Shown here: positions 1-10,415 of the stretch, in pieces
Numbering within the stretch: position 1 is the stretch's first letter
Layout of the letters: every line of letters begins with the position of its first letter
Program-made: the position numbers and the translations under genes
The notes under the pieces: model-generated
The model's input: only the letters and a program-made list of their open reading frames with translations
Told to the model about the DNA's origin: nothing
Databases searched by the model: none
Source of the DNA: an uncultured Chloroflexia bacterium
Lineage (GTDB): Bacteria > Chloroflexota > Limnocylindria > Limnocylindrales > CSP1-4
Direction of reading: 5' to 3'
Length of the DNA: 64,000 nucleotides
Assembly: GCA_963734535.1 (NCBI GenBank)
Contig: CAVTHS010000003.1
Coordinates: forward strand, 1 to 64,000

Positions 1-39
1 AGGCGGGTCAGACCGAGCGCGGGTCAGGTCCCACGCAGC

Positions 40-737
40 TCAGGCCTCGCGCGGCTCGATCCGGTACGTGCATGATCGATCGCCCGCGGCGATGTGCGAG
101 ATCCGCGTGACCCGGGCGTCGAGGACCTCCTCGAACAGCTGGACCTCGGCCCGGCAGGCGGCCGGGCTGCCGACCGCGCCGAGGATGGCGCAGTTCGCCT
201 CGCGCAGCTCCAGCGGCCCATCGACCCCGTCGAGTGGCGTGGCGCGGCAGAGATAGCCCGACTCGTCCTGGATGATGGCCAGCTCCCGGACGCGTGCGGC
301 GAGGGTGGGGGACGGCCCAGCGCCGCCGTGATCCGGGCCCGGATTTGCTCGGCCAGGAGCCGGCGGCGTGCCTGGAAGACCGCGTCCACGAGCTGGTCGC
401 CGCCCAGCTCGGCGATCGACTCGAGGAGCGTGGTGGCAAGGCCGCCGTAGTTGGCAGGCAGGCTGCGCTGGGCCTCCGCCGTCACGTCGTACAGGTGGCG
501 CGGCCGCCCGACGCCGTGACGGATCGCCTGGCGGATCACCGAGCCGCGTGACTCGAGCGAACGCAGCCGCTGGAGAACGCTGGCGCGGCTGGCACCGAAC
601 CGCGTCGCCAGCCGGTCGGGGGCACTCGCTCCCATGTCGCGCAGGGCCACGAGGATCGCCCGGTCAAGCCCATCATGGGCGCCTCGGACCGTCGCGCGTG
701 GTTCGCGGTCGCGAGGGAATGGCCGGGGGTCGGTCAT
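40..737 (-). CDS. SufR-like winged-helix transcriptional regulator (one frameshift near 310)
   Basis: N-terminal HTH ending GVGRPRHLYDVT. A second frame continues ELAIIQDESGYL...EANCAI...ACRAEVQLF...HIAAGDRSCTY with three Cys, typical of SufR/COG2345 regulators; stop at 40-42. Confidence 0.75.
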
Positions 738-908
738 GCCGGACAGGCTAGCACCGGAGCGGCATCGGAGCCCCCGACGGGCGATCGGCGGTCCTTGGCC
801 GGCGATCGCAGGACGGCGGCCGGACTTCCGGGTCTGCCTTGGGGCTGTCCCGCGATCCGGCCAGCAGCGGCCGCCCCGTCAGCCGACGGCCCCGCAGCGG
901 CCGCCCCG

Positions 909-1344
909 TCAGCCGCCGACCGCGGCGCGTTGGAGCGCGGTCCGGAGCGCATCCTTGAACGAGGGTGCCCAGGGCCCGCTGCCCGGCCAGCACGTACGGC
1001 GGCTCGTCGACGGCCCCGAACGCGGCCGGATCGGTCACGTACGAGCGCGCGCACGCGTCAACGGTCGCCCGCAGCTCGTCGTAGACCTGCTGGTCCTTGA
1101 ACGCATAGAGGTGGATCCGCACGGTGGTCGACTGGTCGAGCCCGCGCGCATCGAACCCGATCGCCGTGCGCGAGAGGCGCTGGTCGTCGCAGCCGGCCTC
1201 GCCGCTCACGACCCGGTTCACGTCGATCCCGAGGTTCTCGAGCTCCGCCACGACCCCGGCGAAATCGGTCGGCGTCGCCGGCGCGGTGGTCGGTGTGAAC
1301 GCGCTGCAGGCGCCGGCGAGGAGAGCGACGACCCCGACCAGCAC
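909..1344 (-). CDS. hypothetical lipoprotein (frameshift near 980; start uncertain)
   Basis: Hydrophobic signal with lipobox LAGAC. The shifted frame ends ...KDALRTALQRAAVGG* at 909. Confidence 0.55.
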
Positions 1345-1583
1345 CCCGACCCGGGCACGACCGCCGGCGCGGGCACGCAGGCCGGGGTGGTGGGGGTGAT
1401 CCCGGAGGACGGGACGGATGGGATGCTCCTCTGTCAGGCGGCCGGGCGAGTGAGGGTCGCACGGTCAGCTGGAGGTAGCACGTGGCCGAACCGCCCGGGG
1501 CGGTTCACTTTCCACGACGTCAGCCGCGGCCGTGACGGTCGTCCGGCCGGGTGCCGCCTGGTTCCAACCGGTTTCAGGAGACT

Positions 1584-2905
1584 GCGCGCCCGAGATCCGC
1601 GCGTTCCGCGCCCTGCGCTACAACCGCGAGGTGGTCCCGTACCTCGCGCGGGTTGTTGCGCCGCCGTACGACGTGATCTCGCCGGCCCAGCGGGCGGTCT
1701 TCGCCGCGCGCGATCCAGACAACGTTGTCGCGATCGACCTTCCGGTCGACCTGCCGGGGGCCTCGGACCCGGATGACAAGTACCGCGCCGCGGCGCGCAC
1801 CTTCGCGGGCTGGCGCTCCGATGGAGCCGCTGGCCAAGGATCCGCGGCCGGCGCTCTACGTGTACGAGCAGGCGTACACGCCGCCGGGCACGCAGGCTCG
1901 GCGGATCGAGCGCGGCTTCTACGCACGGGTCAGGCTCGAGGCGTTCGGCCGGGGGCTCGGGGTCCTGCCCCACCAGCGGATCCTCAGCGGGCCACCGAGG
2001 ACCGCCACAAGCTCATCGCGAGCCTCGGGCGCGAACTTCTCCGGGGCGACGGGGCTCTATGTCGACGATTCCGGAGATGCGGCCCGGGCGCTCGCGGACA
2101 CCACGGCCGGCCCCGCGATCGCGGACGTGACCGACGAGGAGGGAGTCCGGCATCGGCTCGGATGCTGCCCGACGACGGCCCGACGGCCGCGGCCGTCTCA
2201 GCCTGAGCGAGGTCGCGGGACGGGCGCCGATCACGATCGCCGACGGCCACCATCGATACGGAGACTGCGCTGCACTATCGCGACGAGCGGCAGCGGACCA
2301 GCTCGAACGAGGAGGATCCCGCCTTCGACTTCGTGCTCATGCTCCTGCTCGAGACGAGCGGCGGCGCCCTCACCGTCCTCCCGGCGCACCGCGTCGCCCG
2401 CGGCATCGCCGACGGCGCGGGGCTCCTTGCGGCCGCGGGCTCGCTCTTCGATCTCGAGCCTGCCGACGCGGCGACCCTCGAGCGGGCATTCGGGCCGGGC
2501 GCATCGGCGCCGGGCGGCGCGGGCCGGTTCGGGCTCTGGACGCGGCAGGGCGGCGCGATCATGACGGCCCGGCGCGCTGCGATCGCCCCCTTCCTGGCGC
2601 CGGGCGGCGAGGCGCTGCGCCGGCTCGACGTGACGATCCTCGCGACCGCGCTCGAGCAGGCTGAGCGGGATCGACCGGGCGGCGACCGCCACCGGGGGCC
2701 GCATCGCATACACGAAGTCCGCGGCCGAGGCGATCGCGTGGGGGTCGATGAGCCGTCGACGGCGCAGACGCCGCGTTCCTGCTGGAGCGACGCCGGTCGC
2801 GGAGATCGTGGCCGTGGCGGCGGCCGGCGACGTGACGCCCCAGAAGCTCACCGACTCTACCCGAAGCCGTTGACAGGCTTCGTCATCAACCCGCTGGAGT
2901 GGTAG
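1584..2905 (+). CDS. DUF1015 family protein, several frameshifts
   Basis: PEIRAFRALRY...VAPPYDVIS, ALYVYEQ, IADGHHRY and C-terminal YPKPLTGFVINPL are spread over consecutive frames. Confidence 0.8.
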
Positions 2906-3823
2906 GGACGCGATTTCGACGACCCCCTGGACACGCTCCTACCCACGGCCGCTCCGCGGAACCCGCCGGCGGGCTGGGCGGCGGGAGCGGCAGCGGTCCC
3001 GGCGTCCGGGCCGCAAGGACGAGATCGAGCTCGAGGAGCGCGGACTCTACATCGAGTCGTGGTCCCGGAGCGTCGCTCCAGGCGACGGCTGCTCTCTTCA
3101 TCCATGGTGAGCTGGCCGGCTCCTGGCTCTGGGGGCGCTGGTCGCCCACTGGCCAGCCGCGGCTGGAAGGGGCATGCCCTCAACCTGCGGAATCACGACT
3201 GGTCGAAGACGGCGGACCCCGCGACCCTTCGTCGACACCTGGATCTCGACGACGTGGTCGCCGGAATCCACAGGCTGGGCCCGAACCCGGTTGTCGTCGG
3301 ACACGGCAGGGCGGGCTGCTGGTCCTCAAGGCGGCGTTGGAGCGGGCCGGCGTGGCAGGGCTGATCCTCGTGGACGCCGAGCTCCCGGCCGAGCTGCGGC
3401 CGCCCGTCAAGCCCCATTGTTCGCGAGGTGCCGGTCGCCTACGGCCGCGGCGCGGTCATCGGCTGGGACCTGCTGCCGGAGAAGCTCCAGCGCGAGAACC
3501 GCGACATGACGCGCTTCGACGACGTGCTGCGGGTCCAGCACCTGCTGGGCCAGAAGGCACGGGAGTCGGGACGTGCCCGCGCCGACATGCTGGCGGGCAT
3601 CCCGGTGGACCCGGGACCCCTCGCGGCCGTGCCGCGTCTCGTGGTCGGCTCGGGTCTCGACGGATCGGCGGCCGCCGTCGCAGCCGAGCATCTGGCACGC
3701 TGGCTCGGCGCCGAGCACGAGCAGTACGGCGCCCACTCGCACTACGGGATGGTCCTCGGAACGGAGAGCCATCGGCAGGTCGCCGACCGGATCAGGACCT
3801 TCCTGGAGACGCACCACCTGTAG
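2899..3823 (+). CDS. alpha/beta-hydrolase-fold protein, frameshifted; start approximate
   Basis: LFIHGELAGSWLW, ALNLRNH, PVVVGHG, HSHYGMVLG in successive frames. Confidence 0.6.
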
Positions 3824-3916
3824 CTGGGCGCCGGGGTATCGCGGGGAGCGAGCTGGTGGGGGACCCGCCCGCCCAGCCCGGTGCAGCACCTGCCCCGCAA
3901 CGCCGCGCGTGGCCAT

Positions 3917-4028
3917 GCGCCTCGCCCTCCGGCGCGAGGGCGGGGACCATAGCCCGCGCGTGCATGGATTGCGCCGCGCCCTCTCGCGCGAGGGCGCGGA
4001 CCCTGACCCGCGCGTGCATGGATTGCGC
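3917..4028. repeat. two tandem ~54-bp GC-rich units with internal hairpin
   Basis: CCCGCGCGTGCATGGATTGCGC occurs at ~3953 and ~4007, each preceded by GCCCTC..GCGAGGGC. Confidence 0.7.
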
Positions 4029-4171
4029 GCTGCGACCGCCGGCGATCCGCCCGGGGATCAGAATGCGTCATCGGCTGTGCCGCACGACCGCCCAGCGGTC
4101 CAACGAGCCACGCGGTGCACGCTTCGACCGTCGCCGGTGTCGCCGTCGGTCGCAGTGTCCACCGGGTGCAC
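4021..4171. repeat. dispersed ~150-bp inverted-repeat-bounded element, copy 1
   Basis: Colinear blocks shared with 62046-62197; arms 4030-4045 and 4140-4155 are 15/16 complementary. Confidence 0.65.
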
Positions 4172-4309
4172 GCCGGTCTGCCGACACGTGGTCGGCGTCG
4201 CGCGCCGCCACTCGGGTCGTGTGGCGGTCACCGCGGTTTGCGACGCGACGGGCGCTCTGGTAGCATCGTGGCCCGGTCGGGGCTCTGATGGGTCCGTGCG
4301 GGCCGCCCT

Positions 4310-4383
4310 GCCGCATTCGTCTAGAGGCCCAGGACGCCGCCCTCTCAAGGCGGAGATCACCGGTTCGAATCCGGTATGCGGTA
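4310..4383 (+). tRNA. tRNA-Glu (CTC)
   Basis: Acceptor GCCGCAT/ATGCGGT, anticodon arm CCGCC-CT-CTC-AA-GGCGG, T-loop GGTTCGAATCC; CCA not encoded. Confidence 0.95.
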
Positions 4384-4504
4384 CAACCGAGATTCCCGAC
4401 GCCCCCGGTCCGCGCCCCGGGGGCGTTACCTTTTCGGCGTCAACCGCGCGACGACGACAGGCGGCGACGGGGCACGGCGGCCACGCAGCCACCCACGGCG
4501 CAAC

Positions 4505-4570
4505 GAGCCGACCCGGCAATCAGCGAGCCGACCCGGCAATCAGCCAGCCGACCCGGCAATCAGCCAGCCC
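4505..4570 (+). repeat. 20-bp tandem repeat x3
   Basis: AGCCGACCCGGCAATCAGC(C/G) three times just before the DUF1611 RBS. Confidence 0.85.
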
Positions 4571-4580
4571 AGGAGGATCA

Positions 4581-5685
4581 ATGGAACCCACGGTGGCGCG
4601 CCGGCTGGTGATCCTGACCGAGGGCGAGTTCGGCCCGCATCACGCCAAGACCGCGTGGGGCGTCATTCGCTATGGCCGCGACGAGATCGTGGCGATCCTC
4701 GATTTCGACCATCGCCGGGCGCAACGTGGACGAGTGGCTGCCGGGCCACGACATCCCGGCCGTGGCAACCCTCGGGGAAGCGCTCGCGATCCCCGGCCGC
4801 CCGCGCCCGGACGCGCTCCTCATCGGCATCGCGCCGACCGGGGGACGCCTTCCCGACGAGTGGCGCACGATCCTCCTCGAGGCGATCCGGGAAGGCCTGG
4901 AGCTGCACTCGGGGCTTCACACGCTCCTCGGCGACGACCCGGAGATCGCGGCCGCGGCCGCGGCGGCTGGCGTCCGGATCGTCGACTATCGCCGAGCGCC
5001 CGACCGGATGGACTGCGCGGTCGGCCGGCGCCACCTCCCCGGCCGGCGCGTGATCCTGACCGTCGGAACCGACTGCGCGATCGGCAAGATGTCGGTTGCC
5101 CTGGACCTCCGCCGGGCCGCTCTCGAGGCCGGGGATCGCGCCGTCTTCGTTCCCAGTGGCCAGACAGGCATGATGATCGACGGCTGGGGGGTCGCGGTCG
5201 ACCGCGTCATCAGCGATTTCCTCAACGGCACGGTCGAGTGGCTGGTGGAGCAGGGCGAAGCGATGGGGGACTGGATCATCGTCGAGGGCCAGGGCTCGCT
5301 CGACCACCCGGCGTACAGCTCCGTGACGCTGGGCCTGATCCACGGCGCCACGCCGCACGCGATGGTGCTGGTCCACAAGGTCGGCCTGGCGGCGCACGAC
5401 TTCGACCACCTGCCGGACCGATCCTTCCCGATCGCGCCGCTTCGCCCGTTCATCGACCTGCACGAGCAGATCGCAGCGACCGTCGCGCCGTCGAAGGTCG
5501 TCGCGGTCGCCGTCAATACGTCGCTCATCGCCGGCGAGGCGGCCGCCCGGCGCGCGATCGCCGTGGTCGCCGCCGAAACGGGCCTCCCGACCGACGACCC
5601 GGTTCGCTTCGGGGCCGGCCCGCTCTGGTCGGCGATCCGGGCGGCCGTGGACGCGCTCCCGTGGGTCGACGGGGCGAGCGCATGA
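4581..5685 (+). CDS. DUF1611 family protein (DgcN-like), frameshift near 4705
   Basis: AKTAWGVIRY, IGIAPTGG, VGTDCAIGKM, SGQTG, VEGQGSLDHPAYS, GLIHG; RBS AGGAGG. Confidence 0.85.
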
Positions 5686-6830
5686 CCCGCGCGGAGCCCG
5701 ACCGCATGACCCGAGCCGAATTCGAGCTGCATGTCCGGCGCGGAGCGTGGCGCGTGAACGGCGGCTGGGATCTCCGCGTCGAGACGCTGCGCCTTCCGTT
5801 CGCCGACCCGTTCGTGATCGCCCGGGCGGCGCCCGGCGAGGGCCAGGCGGTCACGACCGTCGTGGTCGAGCTCCGGTCGCCGGCGCTGCCTGGCCTCGTC
5901 GGGATCGGCGAGGGCTGCCCGGAGTCGTACTACGGCGAGAACCCGGGAACCATGGCAGTTGTCATGGACCTGCTTCTCGCCGCGACACCGCCCGCGATGC
6001 TCGACCTGGACGGCGGCCCGGAGCCCGCGCGCGCCTCCCTGGCCGCCTTCGGTGCCGCGTTCGAGGGCGCGATTCGGGGTCACGGCGCGGCCAAGTGCGC
6101 GCTCGACATCGCCCTCCACGATCTCGCCGGCAAGGCCCTGGGACTGCCGATCCACCGGCTGCTGGGACTCGCCGCGGAGATTCCGCCGACCGACTTCACC
6201 CTCGGCATCGACGAGCCCTCGCTGGTCGCCGAACGTGCGCGTCGTCGGGCGAGCTTCCCGGCGCTGAAGATCAAGGTCGGCGGCGCGAACGACCTCGCAA
6301 CCCTGGAGGCGGTGCGGGCGGTCTTCAACGGGCCGATCCGGGTCGATGCCAACGTCGGCTGGACGCCCGAGAGCGCTGCGTCGATCGTCCCGGAGCTGGT
6401 TCGCCTCGGCGTCGAGCTGATCGAGCAGCCGTTCCCGCCGCGGCGCTACGGGTGGCTCCGCGATCTCCAGGCCGTCTCGCCGCTGCCGATCGTCGCCGAC
6501 GAGTCCGCCGTGACCATCGAGGATCTCGACGCGCTCGTCGGGGTTGTTGACGGCGTCAACGTGAAGCTCGCCAAGTGCGGAGGCGTGGGCCCGGCCGCCC
6601 GCATGCTGGCCCGTGCGCGCGAGCTGGGCTTTCGCACGTTCCTCGGCTGCATGGAGGAGACGTCGGTCGCGATCGCCGCGTCCGCCGCCGTCGCGAGCCT
6701 CGCGGAGTGGGTCGACCTCGACGGCTGCCTGCTCCTGGCCGACGACCCGTTCACGGGTCTCGCGCTCGGCGACGACTGCCGCTGGCGCCTGACCGGCGCG
6801 CCGGGGCACGGGGTGACGCGCCGGGCCTGA
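5682..6830 (+). CDS. enolase-superfamily dipeptide epimerase / N-acyl-amino-acid racemase (DgcA-like)
   Basis: LKIKVG, RVDAN, IEQP, ADES, VNVKLAKCGG, GCMEE, VDLDG. Confidence 0.9.
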   Translation: MTRAEPDRMTRAEFELHVRRGAWRVNGGWDLRVETLRLPFADPFVIARAAPGEGQAVTTVVVELRSPALPGLVGIGEGCPESYYGENPGTMAVVMDLLLAATPPAMLDLDGGPEPARASLAAFGAAFEGAIRGHGAAKCALDIALHDLAGKALGLPIHRLLGLAAEIPPTDFTLGIDEPSLVAERARRRASFPALKIKVGGANDLATLEAVRAVFNGPIRVDANVGWTPESAASIVPELVRLGVELIEQPFPPRRYGWLRDLQAVSPLPIVADESAVTIEDLDALVGVVDGVNVKLAKCGGVGPAARMLARARELGFRTFLGCMEETSVAIAASAAVASLAEWVDLDGCLLLADDPFTGLALGDDCRWRLTGAPGHGVTRRA

Positions 6831-7135
6831 CGGTGTCAGAGGCGCACGTGGTTGCCTCGCGGTCGCGCCCCACTGTCCACCCGACAGGGTCCCGCCGTCC
6901 ACCGAACGCCTGTTCCTGTGGACAAGTCGGGACCACAGATGGTGGACAAGGCCCTTACGGCAAGCGTCCCTCGGCGAGTAGGATTCCGGGGTTGCCCGAT
7001 GAGGGAGCTGACGGCGACAGCGGCGGGGCGCTCGCGTCCCGGAGGGAGTGGCCGAACCGCACGGACCCGCGGGAGGCCGCACACGGCATGCTGGTCGGGC
7101 CGCGCGATGCGCTGCCCGGCGGAGGAGAGTGGAGA

Positions 7136-7471
7136 TTGACCGACCCGTGCACCCGCATGTCCGGAACGCCCGACCGGGAGGCAGCCGAGTTCGTCCGCTT
7201 CTGTCGCAACCGCAGGCGCGTTGGATGGCCGGAGCTCTACGACGAGATGTGCGTCGTGGCGACGCATCGGTTGTTCAGGGGGTACGGGTACGCCGAGCTG
7301 GGGGAGCTCGGCATCGGGTTCAGCCTCTCCGGGACGACACGCCTCGCGGCGACGGTCGCGGCCGTCATCGCGGATGAGCCCCAGGCGGTGCGGCGAGGCG
7401 GGTTGACGGCGCGACGCGGCGTCGCGGTCGTGACGACGGTCGAACAGGGGACGCCCGTCACGGTCCAGTGA
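7136..7471 (+). CDS. small hypothetical protein
   Basis: Globular-looking ORF EFVRFCRNRRRVGWPELYDEMC with GGAG-rich RBS; start TTG 7136 or ATG 7157. Confidence 0.6.
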   Translation: MTDPCTRMSGTPDREAAEFVRFCRNRRRVGWPELYDEMCVVATHRLFRGYGYAELGELGIGFSLSGTTRLAATVAAVIADEPQAVRRGGLTARRGVAVVTTVEQGTPVTVQ

Positions 7472-7538
7472 CCAGGGCGGTTCCAGCGGCCCGGGCTCCG
7501 TGGCCCCGCACGGACCGGAGTCAGGCACCCGCGCGGCG

Positions 7539-7766
7539 TCAGGCCCGGATGGCCCGCCGTGACATCTCGCCCTCGATCTGGCGCTCTGCCTCGACGTAGG
7601 TGTCGATCTCCTCTCGCAGCCGGTTGGCCTCCGGCGTATACAGGTGGACCTGCTGCTGGAGGACGTAGCTGAGACGGCGGCTGGTCATCCGCACGTGGTC
7701 GAGGTTCTTCATCAGGACGAGCGGATCCATCGCCGCGAGGTCGTCCGGGTGGAACATCGGCTTCAT
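7539..7766 (-). CDS. 75-aa helical hypothetical protein
   Basis: MKPMFHPDDL...; strong GC3 codon bias; TACACT 6 nt upstream of ATG. Confidence 0.75.
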   Translation of the reverse strand: MKPMFHPDDLAAMDPLVLMKNLDHVRMTSRRLSYVLQQQVHLYTPEANRLREEIDTYVEAERQIEGEMSRRAIRA

Positions 7767-7843
7767 GGCCGGAGTGTAGCGGAGGCTCAGCCGCACGGCC
7801 CGTCCTGCCGCACCGAGCTGGCCCAGGCGACCCGCGCACGCAG

Positions 7844-9259
7844 TCAGCGCAGGAGCGGCCCGTCCCACCGCACGGGCAGCCTGGCCCCCGCGAGCGCGCG
7901 GCGCCGGCCGGCCTCCGTGGCGCCGAGGACCAGGATCCGGTCCGTCTTCGTCGCCTGCCCGGCCGCGTCGCCCCAGAGCTTCGTCATCTTGCGCGGGGCC
8001 GCGACCGGGTCGAGCACGATCCCTGCCAGCCGATAGCCCTCCGGCTCGGCTGCGGCCTCCCAGGCCGCGTCGGCGAGGCCCACGCCGTCACCGATGCGCT
8101 TTCCCCTGTCCGCCTCGACGTCGCCGATCACGAGCACGAGCACGGCGTCGTCCGCGAGCGCGGGGCGCAGGCCGGCGAGCGTCTCGCGCAGGAAGGCGAG
8201 GTACGGCTCACGCCGGTGCGCGTCGTCGAGGGTTCGGTCGATCTCGGCGGCGTCGAACCCGAGGAACCAGGCGCGCAGCCAGTTGTAGTAGCCGTACTTG
8301 AGGACGCGAAGGTAGGGCGGCGAGGTCACCACGAGGCGCGCCCGGTCGGGAAGCGCGCGCTCGCGCAGCGCGGCCCGCATCCTCGGGCCCGCGTCGCGGG
8401 CGTCGCCAAGGAGAGCCACGCCGCGGATCGCCGGGCGGCCGTCCCGGTCGAGCCGCCCGAGCTTCTCGCCGAGACAGGCGAACACGTCGCGTTCGGCGCC
8501 CACGAACGCAGTCCGCCGGGCGAAGTCACGGACGTAGCGCGGGGCCATGCTGAACGTGTTGGGCATGAGCTCGGAGAGGTAGGAGCGGCTCTTGCCGTGG
8601 AGGATGCCGGTCACGGCCGCGGCCAGGAATCGGTCGGTCCGATCCTCGAGGTCGAGGTGGCTCCGGACGAACAGCAGCTGGCCGAGCGTCCGCGGGTGAT
8701 AGGCAAGGGCGACCTCGAGTGGCAGGGACTCGTCGGATTGCCCCACGGACTGGCCCGAACCGGCCCCGGGGACCGAGAAGCCGAGCACAGGTTCGGCATG
8801 CCCGCCTCTGCCGGTCGCGGGTGCACCGGCGGCCAGGGTTCGAGCCGCAGCGCGAGCCAGCCCGTCGCCGAGCGCCTCCCACCCGCCGGCTTCGAACGAC
8901 CAGTCGATGCGCAACCGCGCGAGCCGTGCTGCTGCCTCGCCCGCCGTGGGCGGGTCCACCTTCGCGGCGGTCAGGACGTGCGCGAAGGGGTTGAGGTCAT
9001 TGCCGACGCCCAGCCGCCCCTCGACGCAGGCCTGGAGCGGGACCGTGCCGCGACCGGCGAACGGGTCGAGCACCACGTCTCCCGGCCGTGAGTAGCGGGC
9101 GATGAACGCATGCGCAAGCGTTGCCGGGAAGCTCGCGAGGTACGAGCACATCGGGTGGAAGGCGTGTCCCCAGAGGCGGCCGCGGTCCTTCCAGTCGGCC
9201 TCGATCGGAAGGCGCGGGAGCTCGCGGACCAGGTCCAGGTCGAGCTGCGCGGCCGGCAT
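7844..9259 (-). CDS. orphan site-specific DNA amino-methyltransferase (m4C-type)
   Basis: SAM motif VLDPFAGRGT, GNDLNP, catalytic VVTSPPY. Confidence 0.85.
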   Translation of the reverse strand: MPAAQLDLDLVRELPRLPIEADWKDRGRLWGHAFHPMCSYLASFPATLAHAFIARYSRPGDVVLDPFAGRGTVPLQACVEGRLGVGNDLNPFAHVLTAAKVDPPTAGEAAARLARLRIDWSFEAGGWEALGDGLARAAARTLAAGAPATGRGGHAEPVLGFSVPGAGSGQSVGQSDESLPLEVALAYHPRTLGQLLFVRSHLDLEDRTDRFLAAAVTGILHGKSRSYLSELMPNTFSMAPRYVRDFARRTAFVGAERDVFACLGEKLGRLDRDGRPAIRGVALLGDARDAGPRMRAALRERALPDRARLVVTSPPYLRVLKYGYYNWLRAWFLGFDAAEIDRTLDDAHRREPYLAFLRETLAGLRPALADDAVLVLVIGDVEADRGKRIGDGVGLADAAWEAAAEPEGYRLAGIVLDPVAAPRKMTKLWGDAAGQATKTDRILVLGATEAGRRRALAGARLPVRWDGPLLR

Positions 9260-9732
9260 GGGCGTCGGCGGCCGACTGTCCGGGACGCCCCGGACCTCGA
9301 TCGGCGGCCGAGGGTTATCGGGGCGGCCCGGGGCGGGCGCGGCGAGGGGCCGGTGGCCGGGACCGCGGACGCCGGACATGCCGCGACGGGTAGTTGGCCA
9401 CGCGCTGGACCTGCCGCTGGGGAACGGTCGCCACGTGACCCAGCCGCGGGCGGGGCCGCCGAAGCGCTCAGGGAAGGGTCGCCACCCGCCGCAACCGGAT
9501 CGCCGATCCGGATCGTCCGCTGGTCCGCGGCCACGCTGCCACCTCCGCTGACGCGGCGCGGCTCGAAGCCATCCGCGGGGCGCGGAGCATAGCACGGGCG
9601 TTCGGGCCCGCACACGCACCGAGAGCGCACGGCGCGAGGCGCAGCTGCCGTCGGCTGTCGCAGCCGACTCGGCGTGGGATCCCTCGAATTCGGCGGCGGA
9701 ACGGTGGCCGACTTGGACTACGCTAGCGGCGT

Positions 9733-9808
9733 GCCCCCGTAGCTCAATGGATAGAGCGACCGGTTTCTACCCGGTTGGTTGCGGGTTCGACTCCTGCCGG
9801 GGGCGCCA
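9733..9808 (+). tRNA. tRNA-Arg (TCT)
   Basis: Acceptor GCCCCCG/CGGGGGC, D-arm AGCTCAATGGATAGAGC, anticodon ACCGG-TT-TCT-AC-CCGGT, GGTTCGACTCC, 3' CCA. Confidence 0.96.
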
Positions 9809-9870
9809 CGTTTTCGACTTCGTCTGTCGCGCATGCTCGGTTCGGTGGGGGCGGGCAGGAGACAACACCG

Positions 9871-10314
9871 ATGGCTGGAGCGCGAAAAGGACTGACATTT
9901 GCCGTGGTCGTCCTGGTACCGGCCGACTGTTCCGGAAGCGCTCAGCCGTCCGCGTCGGTCCCGACCAACGCGGCCCCGGCCGCGTCGGCGTCCGTCATCG
10001 CGAGCCTGCCGCCCAACCCGGCTCGGCGGGCATTGTCCCGGCACCTGGCTCTCGCCACGAACGGAGTCGTGTTCCTCCAGTGGACTCGGTCGGGCGACAC
10101 GCACACGGGCACGCTGACCCAAGCCCACGCGGGTCCCGGCGATCGGGCCGCGCTCAAGCACCAGAACGGGCAACTCACCGGCGTGCTTTCCGGTAGCTTG
10201 GTCACGCCCAACTTCCCTCAGGGTCTCGGCCCGTGCGCTTCCTGGAGTTGGGACGCCAGGCGGGGACACCCTGATCCTCAGCTACGCCGCGCCATGGTCC
10301 ATGGTCGAGACTGA
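9871..10314 (+). pseudogene. probable degraded exported protein
   Basis: RBS AGGAG, signal-like N-terminus, beta-rich segment, then the sequence loses protein-like composition. Confidence 0.35.
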
Positions 10315-10364
10315 CTCGTGAGAGGTCATCTGCCAGCCGATCTGGACGAGCGGCGTTGGAGGTT

Positions 10365-10408
10365 TCTCATCTCCGTCTCATGTCCGCGACGGCGTTGCGC
10401 TGGACCCT
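10365..10408 (+). promoter_or_regulatory. OmpR-type direct-repeat boxes and putative -10
   Basis: TCTCAT at 10365 and 10376 (11-bp period); GACCCT 38 nt after the first box. Confidence 0.6.
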
Positions 10409-10415
10409 CGGGATC

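Noticed and set aside
4505-4570. CRISPR array (also 14310-14440 and 62325-62452)
   Set aside because: Repeats are contiguous without unique spacers, one is coding, and there are no cas genes.
40-4710. Programmed frameshifting or mass pseudogenisation in the first 5 kb (also aor, 33510, 42815)
   Set aside because: Many single-base indels in otherwise intact genes, clustered and without slippery or stimulator motifs. Best explained as low-coverage or long-read errors; needs a read check.
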